Origin: Candidatus Brocadiia bacterium
GTDB taxonomy: Bacteria; Planctomycetota; Brocadiia; CAIUPP01
Reading direction: 5' to 3'
NCBI GenBank assembly: GCA_050015075.1
Contig: JBEKCB010000004.1
Span: forward strand, 154,476 to 218,475
DNA length: 64,000 bases
The number at the start of each line of letters is the position of its first letter. The stretch's first letter is position 1. The notes below the pieces were generated by a model. That model did not search any database. It was not told the origin of the DNA and was given only the letters and a program-made list of their open reading frames with translations. Both the position numbers and the translations under genes were made by a program. Shown in pieces: positions 48,168 to 57,103 of the stretch.

Positions 48168-50936
48168 ATGAAAAGTAAAATGCTGGCGGCGATGGCGATA
48201 GCCCTGCTGACCTTGACTGCCGCGGCTTCGCCGACCGAAAAGACCCGGCCGGTGCCCGAGGCCAAGCTGGCCGAGATCCTGAAGTCCGCACCGGCGCTGC
48301 CCGGCGGGATCGTCGGCGAGCTTGGGATCAAGGCCCATCTGATAGACTTCGTTGATTGCACCCGCACCGACGATCCGCACGATTTCCGCGACCAGGGGAC
48401 CTCGAAGGTCGAGAGCGGACCCGCCGGAACCTACCGCGTCACGGCGCCGCACCGCCACGCTTTCTTCTCCTATGCCTACCGCACCGCCGGGGCGGACAAA
48501 CCGGTGCTCCTGGTGATCGAATATCCCGACGACGCGCAGCGCATGATCAGCTTTATGACCCACGATTCGATGCGGCCCGGCATTCAGCACCTGTCGTTCA
48601 GCCAGGAGACCGGCGTCTACACCGGCGCCCCGTACCCGCTGACGAACAAGATGCAATATTTCACGCTGGTATCCTGGCCGCAGGACAACTGGTCGCCGTT
48701 GATCGTCTTCAACTTCGGCCGCACAGGCGGCGCCGGGGCCGCCAGCCGCATCTGGGCCTACGCGATAGACGAGTTGCCGCCGCTGGAGGTGAACGCCCCC
48801 GATCCCGCGAACGAGCGCGTTCTCGGCGCGTTCTTTCCGCTCCTGTTCCTGGCCCAGCGCGACAACTTCGGCTGGCAGAGCCCGCGGTCGGTCGAGCACA
48901 TGGTGGACTACTTCAAGTTCATCGGCGTCAACCGCGTGACGGCTGAAGTCTACGGCAACCAGACCTGGGGCGCGATGTGCACCGTGCCGGCCTGGGACGC
49001 CGACGACCACGGCAACCTCGACGACGTGCTGCGCCGCATGGACGCCAAGGGCGGCATGAGTTTCATCGCCGGGATCGTCGCGCCCGGCATGTACGGCCGT
49101 GTGACCGCCGGCGGCCGGGACGTGGCGACGCTGCCGCCCGAGCAGTTCAAGGCGGTCATGCTCAAGGGCTTCGACGAGCTGATCGAGCGTTACGGGAAGT
49201 ACAAGAGCTTCAAGGGCTTCGCGCTCGGCTCGATGGAGACGATCGGCTTCTACGATATGCTCCAGGCCAAGGGCGCCGCCGCCGAGGTCGTGGCCCACAT
49301 CAAGGCCCGGCGGCCCAATCTCGATGTCATGACCTTCGTCGGCAACCCGTATCTCCAAACTCCCTACTTCGACGGCCAGTACGGTCCGACCTCGTGGGAC
49401 GTGATTGCGAAGTGGGAGCGGGCCGGCGGCGGCGACTGGCCGGCCTTCCTGGCCGGGGAAATCCTGGCCGACTTCACCAAGTGGCGGCATGTCCCGGCGG
49501 AACTCGAGAAAGTTGCCGGGCTCCAGGTCTGCGAGCAATATGCCCCGGATGACTGCGTGACGCACCCGCTCTATCGGCAGGAACCGCGGGCCATGATCTA
49601 CGCCGACACCGAGCGCTCGCAGGCGCGCAGCGACCTGTTCCGCACGCCCTATGCCGCCATCTTCGGCACGTTCACCGAGGGATGGATCGGCCTGCACAAG
49701 GACCTGAATTTCTGGTACACCAAGCCCTGGACGGCGCCGGAGCTGAACCCGGCGGGCGAGTTCGCCACCGCCGCCTGGGCCCTGGCCGAGGGCCAGCATG
49801 ACCGCCTGGCCATCACCGCCGGCGGCTGGAGCGTCAAGTACTTCGGCCTCGACCTGGCCATGCGCCGCTTCGCCAAAGCCTTCCGCGCCCTGCCGCCGGT
49901 GGAGATGGCGGAAGCGCCCGCGAGCATGGATTTCGTCAAAGCGCGGTGGGCGATTTTCAAGGGCAAGCGCTACAGCTCCCTCCAGAATCTCACGCCGTTT
50001 GCAGTGGACGTGGAGGCTGATTCCACGAAGGTGCGGCTGGGACCTTGCGAGCTGGCCACGCTTGTTGACGACGGGACTTCCGCGCCGAAGGTCGTGGTCG
50101 CGCGCTGCGCCGACTACGAAAACTGGCTGCGCTCGCGATGCGAGAGTTTTGCGCGCGCGGTCAAGGAACTGGCCGCCATCAACCGCGACGCGGTTCCCGA
50201 AGCGTATGAAAAACTGGCGGCGATCCAGTGGCCGCCGCCGGCCGGCGCTCTCTATGCCGCGGACATGGCCTTGAGCTGGGGGCTGAGCAATGAAATTCAG
50301 CTCCGCCGGGACATCGTCCAGCGCCCCGAGATGAAGGCCGCGAAACTCCCCGCCGCGCCGCCCATGAACGGCAACCTCGACGCATGGCCCAAAGAGGCCG
50401 CCGACATCCGGGCCGAGGGCGGCGAGTACCTGGCCGGCCACATCTTCTTCCCGAACAGTTGGACCGGCCCGAAGGACCTTTCGGCCCGCATCCGCCTGGG
50501 CCACGACGGCAAAAGCCTCTATCTCGGCGTCGAGGTCCGCGACAACGTCCTGGAGAAAGGCGACAGCTTCCGGTTCTCCATCTCAAAGAGCGGCTACGCC
50601 GACTGGCGGACGCAGAGCGTCAAGCCGGACTACAACTGGCTGATCGAAGTCCCGTTCGACAAGCCGCAGACCAGCGGCGGCGGGCAGGACGGGTTCACGT
50701 ACGTCTGCCGCCGGACACCCGCCGGCTACGTCGTCGAAGGGAGCGCCCCGCTCGAGTCGCTGGGCCTGAAGCCCGGCGGCGCCATGGGCCTTCTGCTGGT
50801 CATTTCCGACAGCGACAACACGCCGAACTTGGCCAAGGAGTCCTGGTCCCGCAAGCAGGAGTTCCTCTATCCCCACAAGCCGAACTTCCCCTACTGGGAC
50901 GATGCGCGCAACTGCGGGAAGCTGATTATCGAGTAG
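48168..50936 (+). CDS. Large secreted protein with C-terminal CBM9/DOMON-like sugar-binding domain
   Basis: Signal peptide; C-terminal NGNLDAW...LYLGVEVRD...GYVVEGSAPL...ISDSD pattern; 922 aa. Confidence 0.7.
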   Translation: MKSKMLAAMAIALLTLTAAASPTEKTRPVPEAKLAEILKSAPALPGGIVGELGIKAHLIDFVDCTRTDDPHDFRDQGTSKVESGPAGTYRVTAPHRHAFFSYAYRTAGADKPVLLVIEYPDDAQRMISFMTHDSMRPGIQHLSFSQETGVYTGAPYPLTNKMQYFTLVSWPQDNWSPLIVFNFGRTGGAGAASRIWAYAIDELPPLEVNAPDPANERVLGAFFPLLFLAQRDNFGWQSPRSVEHMVDYFKFIGVNRVTAEVYGNQTWGAMCTVPAWDADDHGNLDDVLRRMDAKGGMSFIAGIVAPGMYGRVTAGGRDVATLPPEQFKAVMLKGFDELIERYGKYKSFKGFALGSMETIGFYDMLQAKGAAAEVVAHIKARRPNLDVMTFVGNPYLQTPYFDGQYGPTSWDVIAKWERAGGGDWPAFLAGEILADFTKWRHVPAELEKVAGLQVCEQYAPDDCVTHPLYRQEPRAMIYADTERSQARSDLFRTPYAAIFGTFTEGWIGLHKDLNFWYTKPWTAPELNPAGEFATAAWALAEGQHDRLAITAGGWSVKYFGLDLAMRRFAKAFRALPPVEMAEAPASMDFVKARWAIFKGKRYSSLQNLTPFAVDVEADSTKVRLGPCELATLVDDGTSAPKVVVARCADYENWLRSRCESFARAVKELAAINRDAVPEAYEKLAAIQWPPPAGALYAADMALSWGLSNEIQLRRDIVQRPEMKAAKLPAAPPMNGNLDAWPKEAADIRAEGGEYLAGHIFFPNSWTGPKDLSARIRLGHDGKSLYLGVEVRDNVLEKGDSFRFSISKSGYADWRTQSVKPDYNWLIEVPFDKPQTSGGGQDGFTYVCRRTPAGYVVEGSAPLESLGLKPGGAMGLLLVISDSDNTPNLAKESWSRKQEFLYPHKPNFPYWDDARNCGKLIIE

Positions 50937-51124
50937 GAGCGGCGAACCGGTCCGCCTGCGACGCGAAAAGGTCCATAGGGACCATGCCGCGGACATGGTG
51001 CCGCACAAGCCGATCATGTGACTGGGGCCGGCCGAATTCAAGTGTTTGGGATATCCCGCTAACGTCCCGTATCCGACTTTACAGGCTTCTCATAGATGTC
51101 CTCAGCCTTCCCCCAGCCGTCCCA

Positions 51125-51625
51125 TCAGTCCAATCCCAGGTCTTGAACGAGCCGGCTTTCCATCGCGATCTTTTTCTGTGGCACGCCCGTTACATGCGAA
51201 ATGAAGCCGATGACACGCCCGCGCACGTCGTCCGGCGTGAACATCACTTCCATTAATTGGCCGACAGTCCAGCGTCGGGACAGCTCTCTGTAAAGCGGGA
51301 CATAGCCTTGCCGGTTGAGGGCCGCGACGATTCGGTCTCGGGTAGCAATCCACTCTCTCCTTGGCACCAATTTCCCGAGCTTTATATCGCTTCCGACCGC
51401 TCCTTCGTCGCGCCCGGTTGCATCGGCGACCGCGTGACGAACCGCGGCAGCCGGATCGCAGGAGGGGCTTGGAATGGTTTTCAGCGCGACCTTTTCTCTG
51501 ACGAGTCGCTCCACCGTCGCTACAAGATCACCCACGGTCCGTATCCGTACTGCATCCTGCTCCGAAATGTCAATGCCGAACGCATCCTCAATGTCCATCA
51601 ATAGCTCGACACTGCCAAGGCCCAT
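51125..51625 (-). CDS. Acyl-carrier-protein-like protein (apparently permuted)
   Basis: N-terminal MGLGSVELLMDIEDAFGIDI...IRTVGDL; C-terminal SRLVQDLGLD. Confidence 0.7.
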   Translation of the reverse strand: MGLGSVELLMDIEDAFGIDISEQDAVRIRTVGDLVATVERLVREKVALKTIPSPSCDPAAAVRHAVADATGRDEGAVGSDIKLGKLVPRREWIATRDRIVAALNRQGYVPLYRELSRRWTVGQLMEVMFTPDDVRGRVIGFISHVTGVPQKKIAMESRLVQDLGLD

Positions 51626-51910
51626 GGCGTGGTCTCTCAATTGTCGGAATCCGAATGAGGCGCACGAAAAGCCGTGCCGCCGCTTCATCGCCACATTCTC
51701 TATGGTCTGCCAGCCAGGAATTTCCTATTGCCCGCCCTCCAGAGGACAGTCCGCATTCGACCTTGAGATTCTACGCTCGAAGAGCCCGCTGTCAAGCAGT
51801 CTATTGGCTATTCTGGAAGGCGATACGTCCACGCGCGCCCCTGGCGCGCCTGATGGGAAAGAGAATTCGGAGCGATTTATCGCTGGACCTATTTGGCCAG
51901 GCTTAAATCC

Positions 51911-53002
51911 TCATTGAAGCGCAGTCTCAAACATGGCATAAATGTTTTCCGGCGGCGTGCCGGCCTGTATTGCGTGCGAAGGTCCTAGAATGTATCCGCC
52001 GTTTCGCCCCAACACGCGCTTAAGTTTGACGACTTCGCGCCGCACGTCATCAGGCGTGCCAAAAGGAAGGGTGTGCTGCACGCTGACTCCGCCCTCAAAG
52101 CACAACCGGCGTCCGTAAGCGTCTTTTAATTTGTCGGCGTCCATGCCGAGAGCGTCGAACTGAAGCGCCTGCAGTATGTCAATCCCCATGTCCATAAGCC
52201 CCGGCACGGCCTCCTGCACTGCGCCGTCTGAATGGTAAATGACCTTTGCCCCGAATTCGTGAATCGTCCGGTTCAACCTCGCATGGTACGGTTTGATGTT
52301 TTTCCCCCACATTTCAAGAGACATCAGAAGGCCGTTCTGACCGGCGATATCATCCGCGGTAAAGACCAGATCGATTTCGCCTTTGGCCGCTTCAAGGACG
52401 CTGCGGAAATGGGCCTCGTAAAATATGGCGACTTTTTCCATGATGGCGTGCGCCAGTTCAGGGTTCAGCGCCAGATCGAGAAACATTTGCTCAAAGCCCC
52501 GCATGTACCACGAACTCTCAAAAACATTCCCGTTCGACGCCATCAGGCAGCGATTGCCTTTTGCGCGCAAGGCCCGTATTTTTCCCGGCAGGCCGGCGTA
52601 ATCGAACCAAGCGGTCTTCGGCCAGGGGTACGATTGGATTTGACGGATGTCCGTGATGCCCTTCAGGGGATAGTAAGCGATTTCATCGTATTCACTCTGG
52701 CCGAAGCTGACCGGGTGCCGACGCACACCCCAAATATCGGTGCCGTTCGGCAAAGCGGGTCCGATATAATCCGGAGAAACCCCCTCAACGTCAAGAATCG
52801 GTTCGAGGTACTGCGAAAGCGAAAGGCCTCGGTGCTCCTTTAAGAAAGCGTCGAACGCGCGATCCGCCGGCGCGTTGATTCCTGAACAAATAAGGGCGAC
52901 GGGGACCCGGTCCGTCACTTGATGGTCCAGCGCCAGGCGCACGCGCTCGCGTGAAGTCAGTTCACTGACAGGAGATTTGATCCTTCGGCGAGGAGCTGTC
53001 AT
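51911..53002 (-). CDS. Uroporphyrinogen decarboxylase/MtaA-CmuA family protein
   Basis: TSRERV..AL.H...DRVP, MRGFE, ADDIA, YHSDG, LPFGTPDDV, GGYILGPSH. Confidence 0.85.
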   Translation of the reverse strand: MTAPRRRIKSPVSELTSRERVRLALDHQVTDRVPVALICSGINAPADRAFDAFLKEHRGLSLSQYLEPILDVEGVSPDYIGPALPNGTDIWGVRRHPVSFGQSEYDEIAYYPLKGITDIRQIQSYPWPKTAWFDYAGLPGKIRALRAKGNRCLMASNGNVFESSWYMRGFEQMFLDLALNPELAHAIMEKVAIFYEAHFRSVLEAAKGEIDLVFTADDIAGQNGLLMSLEMWGKNIKPYHARLNRTIHEFGAKVIYHSDGAVQEAVPGLMDMGIDILQALQFDALGMDADKLKDAYGRRLCFEGGVSVQHTLPFGTPDDVRREVVKLKRVLGRNGGYILGPSHAIQAGTPPENIYAMFETALQ

Positions 53003-53382
53003 GCCGTTGCGGGACCTCCTGGCAAGGCGTTAAATCTTCGGGGAGTTGCCCATCAACAGGTGCGTAAGCCAATATTCTGTGAGGGAAAACAGGGACAGGT
53101 CGTTTTCTCCAGCGCTGCCTGCCGCTAATGAACCAGAAACTCCCGGCCCGGCCCTTCCTGCGCTGATGGTCGTCTTTTCCCGACGGGGCTGTCAAGTCCA
53201 GGTTGCCGAAATAAGGGCACTCAAACCGCTGCGAAGCGCACTAAAGCGCACTCAAACCGCTCCCAACCGCACTGAACCCGCTGGCAAGCGCACTCGTTTT
53301 CCTCCGCCTGCTCGGCGCCGAAATCGCGTGTTATAATAACGCCTCTCCAGTGGCTGCTGATGGTCACATAAAGAAAAAAGTG

Positions 53383-53474
53383 CTCTCGCGAAGGCGCCAA
53401 GAGCGCCAGGATCGAAAAACAACCTGATGAAGTTATTCATGCAGTTCTTAGCGCTCTTCGCGTCTTGGCGAGAG
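53383..53474. repeat. Palindromic element with three-unit arms
   Basis: TCTCGCGAAGGCGCCAAGAGCGCCAGGA ... TCTTAGCGCTCTTCGCGTCTTGGCGAGA. Confidence 0.7.
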
Positions 53475-53611
53475 ACCTGTCGTTCGAACGGTGCAAGATG
53501 CCGGCGAGCAAGCAGATAGCGCGCAAAAGCGATTTGAAAAAACGAATCCAATTTGTCGCAACGGGTTCTACTGAAACGTATTATGCGACTAAGCAGCAGT
53601 TTTCTACCTGC

Positions 53612-53704
53612 GTCATGTCCGCGCAGGCGGGAATCCAGGCGTTTGAAAGTGATTTGGTCGCCGAAGGAAGGATGGTTCTGGATTCCCGCCTTCGCGGGAA
53701 TGAC
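53612..53704. repeat. REP-like doublet (GTCATTCCCGCG-CAGG-CGGGAATCCAG type)
   Basis: GTCATGTCCGCGCAGGCGGGAATCCAG ... CTGGATTCCCGCCTTCGCGGGAATGAC. Confidence 0.8.
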
Positions 53705-53832
53705 AGAGGAACAGCAAAAGACGACTTGAAAAAACGAACCCGGCGTGTCGTAAGTGACGCACTGAAACCGACTTAGCAGGTTCGCGCATAGACGCCCGGC
53801 GAATGCCCGGCGTAAGGAACATCCGGGCTGCG

Positions 53833-54270
53833 CTACTTCGCCGCCTTGGCCAGTTGGGTGCCAAGGGCTTTCAGCTCGGCGGTGCCTTCGGCGTCGGGGC
53901 AGCCCTGGACGCCCACGAAGTGCGCGACGCTCTTTAACTTGAGCGCATGCGCCATGGCCTCGATGCTCGCGATGGCCTTCCCTTCGCCGCCATAGGTCAG
54001 GAAGGCCGCGTAGGGCTTGCCCGCTACACCCTTGTTTCCGGCATCGGCCGTCCGCTCAAGAAAGAGTTTCAGTTCGCCGCCCATCAAATCGAAGAGATCG
54101 TAGGAGCCCAACGCCACCGCGTCACATGCCCGGAGGTCCTCCGGTTTCGCCTCCGAGGCGGACTTCACTGTGACCTTGGCGCCTGCCTTGCGCGCGCCGT
54201 CCGCGACCGCCTCTGCGGCGGCCTTCGTGTTGCCGGACATGCTGCAGTAAACCACCAGTACCTTGGCCAT
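53833..54270 (-). CDS. Flavodoxin family protein
   Basis: VVYCSMSGNTKAAAEAVADG FMN loop, ALGS, FLTYGG. Confidence 0.88.
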   Translation of the reverse strand: MAKVLVVYCSMSGNTKAAAEAVADGARKAGAKVTVKSASEAKPEDLRACDAVALGSYDLFDLMGGELKLFLERTADAGNKGVAGKPYAAFLTYGGEGKAIASIEAMAHALKLKSVAHFVGVQGCPDAEGTAELKALGTQLAKAAK

Positions 54271-54347
54271 GACGATTCTCCATTTGCCGGTTCCCGGCGC
54301 GAGTCTTCGACGTCTCTGGATTGCCGCCGGCACGCGCTCCTCTGGTC

Positions 54348-55496
54348 CTACGGCGAGACCCAGGCGCTCCGTTTCAAGGTGGCCATGGCGGCCGTCGCCG
54401 AGGAGATCTTCTGCGCCGCGAGCAGCCTGGCCACGTCGGTCTCATACTTCTGCATCCCGTAGGAGCGCCCGGCCTCCATGAACGCGGGGATCTGCCTGCT
54501 TTGCGCGGTGGCGATGCAATGCGCGATCGCCGGCGTGTTGATCATGATCTCGCATGCGGCGACGCGCCGCTTCGGCGCCGGCCGCTGTTTCGTCTTTTCA
54601 GCGCCCGCCCACGCCTCCGAGTCGGCCGCAGGCAGCAGGTGTTGCACGACGACGGCTCGAAGGACCATCGCCAGTTGCAGGCGCACGCCGGCCTGCTCGT
54701 CGGCGGTGAAGGGCATCAGCATCCGCTCGATGGCGCCGACGGCGTCGCCCGAGTGGGCGGTGGTGAACACGAGGTGCCCGGTGTCCGCCGCCGTAATGGC
54801 CGTGCGAATCGTGTTGAGGTCGCGCGATTCGCCGACGAAGATCACGTTCGCGTCCTCCCTCAGGGCCGAGACCAGGGCGTCATTGAAACTGGGCGCATCA
54901 AGGCCCACCTGCCGTTGGTCCACCACGCCCAGGATCGGCGTATGAAGGTATTCCACGGGATCTTCGATCGTGACAATGCGCGCCTTCCGCTTACGGTTGA
55001 TGTAATCGAGGAGCGTCGCCATCGTCGTCGTCTTCCCGGCGCCCGTAGGACCGGCGACGATGACCAGTCCGTCGCGGAGGTCGCAGAAGTGATACAGCGT
55101 CCGGGGCAGCCCCAGGTCCTCCAGCGACCGGAAGCGTTCCTCCAACTGCCGGAACGCGATGCTCCACTGGCCCTGGCAGCGGAAGACGTTGAATCGAAAG
55201 CGCGGCCCGTTGCGCAGGCTGTACGAGCCATCCACGGAGCCGGCGCGCTTGAGGGCATCGCCAGGGTCCATGTGCGCCGTGATCGCCTGGACGATGCTCT
55301 CCATGCACTCCTCGGTCAGCGTGCCCAACTGCGCCTGAGGGGCAATCTCTCCCTCGATCCGCAGGTAGGGGACGCGGCCCGTCGAGAGATGCAGGTCCGA
55401 TGCCTGCGCCCTGACGCATTCTCTGAGCACGCGGTCGAGGGACTCGATGCCGGCCCGATTCGGGTCAGAAGCCATCGCCTCGTTCCTTTTTTCCAT
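54348..55496 (-). CDS. pilT: PilT/PilU family type IV pilus retraction ATPase
   Basis: ASDLHL, GPTGAGKTTT, TIEDPVEY, LREDANVIFVGESRD, TGHLVFTTAH. Confidence 0.88.
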   Translation of the reverse strand: MEKRNEAMASDPNRAGIESLDRVLRECVRAQASDLHLSTGRVPYLRIEGEIAPQAQLGTLTEECMESIVQAITAHMDPGDALKRAGSVDGSYSLRNGPRFRFNVFRCQGQWSIAFRQLEERFRSLEDLGLPRTLYHFCDLRDGLVIVAGPTGAGKTTTMATLLDYINRKRKARIVTIEDPVEYLHTPILGVVDQRQVGLDAPSFNDALVSALREDANVIFVGESRDLNTIRTAITAADTGHLVFTTAHSGDAVGAIERMLMPFTADEQAGVRLQLAMVLRAVVVQHLLPAADSEAWAGAEKTKQRPAPKRRVAACEIMINTPAIAHCIATAQSRQIPAFMEAGRSYGMQKYETDVARLLAAQKISSATAAMATLKRSAWVSP

Positions 55497-55878
55497 CCCG
55501 CTGCTCTCCTTCCTGCTCAAGAGTCCACGCGACGGCCGCCCATCAAGCGCGGGATTCTGACCATCGGAATCCCGCTGGCCAAGAAGGAGTCGCGTGGTGA
55601 AAGAAAGCCTTAGCTCCGGCCGCCTGGACTATGGCGACAAAGTCATGACCGGCTTCGTCGCGCAGTTCTGGAAAACGATGCTCCCCTGCGCGGCCCCATG
55701 CGGCCGACTGGAACGAAGCGCCTGAGCGGTTTGCCGAACGACCGATATTGCCGGCCGTCCAGCGCGTTACAGCGAAGCGGAGGCTTGCCGAGGAACACCT
55801 CCATGGTGATCGCGTGTGGACACACGACCGCTCAGGGACAATGCGACGTTCCTCTCTGCAGCCTCGCCTCCGGCTGTT

Positions 55879-56970
55879 TCACCGGCCCACAACGATGATA
55901 TCCAACTGTCCCGGTCCGCCGCGGTCGCCACCGCCGCGCCGGCCGCCGCCGCGCTCATTCGCGCCGGTGGTGGAAGCTGCCGCGGGTGCGCCCGGGGCGG
56001 GCGCCGCGCGTTCCACGGCGATCAGAATAATCCGGTTATTCTTGGTGTCGAGCGTGCAGGTCTTGGCCCGAGGCTTGGTTTGCACGTTCTGTTCCACTTC
56101 AAAGCTCGTCGGGCTCTTTTCCTTGATAATGGTCAAGGTGCCATCGCCCTGCGAGCTGAACGCTTCCATGGTGGCCGGATTGAATCCGCCGCCGTCCGTG
56201 CCGTTGCCGATGGGCAGTGTCGCCAGGATTTTTCCGTCCACGGCGCTGAGCACGACGCAGGTCGCCGGCTCGTGGCACATGGCGAAAAGGATGTGGTTTT
56301 TCGCGTCGAGGCCGAGCCCACCCGGACCGCCGCCCTTGCCCGCGAGGTCGAAATGAGCCGTCACCTTAAGGGTCTTGACGTCCACGACGGCGATCTGGTC
56401 CTTGTCTTCGAGGTCAATATACATGTGCCCCTCGCCGTCGCTTTGCGCCTGCTCCGGCGCGCCGCCGAGGTCAATCGTGCCGGCCACGGTGCCGTCCTTG
56501 CCGTCAACCACCGTGACATTGGGAGCGCGGTGGCTGAAGACATAAATGCGTTCCGTCAAGGGTTCGAAGAGGATGCCGTCCGGCCCGCCTTGCACGTCAA
56601 TCGTCTTGATCATCTCCAGCGTCTTGGCGTCCCACATCGCGACCGGGCTGCTGCTGCTGAAGCCGTGGTTGGATTTGGGATCAACCGCCACGCCGCGCGC
56701 GCGGACATTGGGGATGGCGCCCACGGACTTGAGCGTGTCCTCATCGAACACCAGCACCTGGTTGCCGCGCGCGACATAAAGCTTGCGGTTGTCGTTGTCG
56801 GCATAAACGTAATCAATCCCACCGGTGCCCATGACCTGGGTGGAGTTGACTATTTTGTAAGGTCCGGCGGCGGGCGCTGCCTGGGCAAAGGCGCGGGATG
56901 CCAGCATGACGGCGGCCGCCAGAAGGAGCGCAAACGCCCACGCGAACGTGGCTCGACTTCCAGACTTCAT
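55879..56970 (-). CDS. Secreted YncE/YVTN-type beta-propeller protein
   Basis: Signal peptide; repeated beta-propeller blades (GIDYVYAD, PDGILFEP, PEQAQSDG). Confidence 0.8.
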   Translation of the reverse strand: MKSGSRATFAWAFALLLAAAVMLASRAFAQAAPAAGPYKIVNSTQVMGTGGIDYVYADNDNRKLYVARGNQVLVFDEDTLKSVGAIPNVRARGVAVDPKSNHGFSSSSPVAMWDAKTLEMIKTIDVQGGPDGILFEPLTERIYVFSHRAPNVTVVDGKDGTVAGTIDLGGAPEQAQSDGEGHMYIDLEDKDQIAVVDVKTLKVTAHFDLAGKGGGPGGLGLDAKNHILFAMCHEPATCVVLSAVDGKILATLPIGNGTDGGGFNPATMEAFSSQGDGTLTIIKEKSPTSFEVEQNVQTKPRAKTCTLDTKNNRIILIAVERAAPAPGAPAAASTTGANERGGGRRGGGDRGGPGQLDIIVVGR

Positions 56971-57103
56971 AGCTCACTCCTTTAAACCGGGGTTTCCTAT
57001 TTGACCGTCCTCCAAAGGACAGTCGGCTATCGAACTAAGATTCTACTCTCAAATGTTTTCGTTAGCAAAGATGAACAGGAGCAATTCCGCTATGGGCTTG
57101 CGC

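Noticed and set aside
50937-51910. Integron cassette (attC) around the lower-GC ACP-like gene
   Set aside because: A GTTAGC/GCTAAC core is present near 51057, but I found no matching partner box or attC hairpin.
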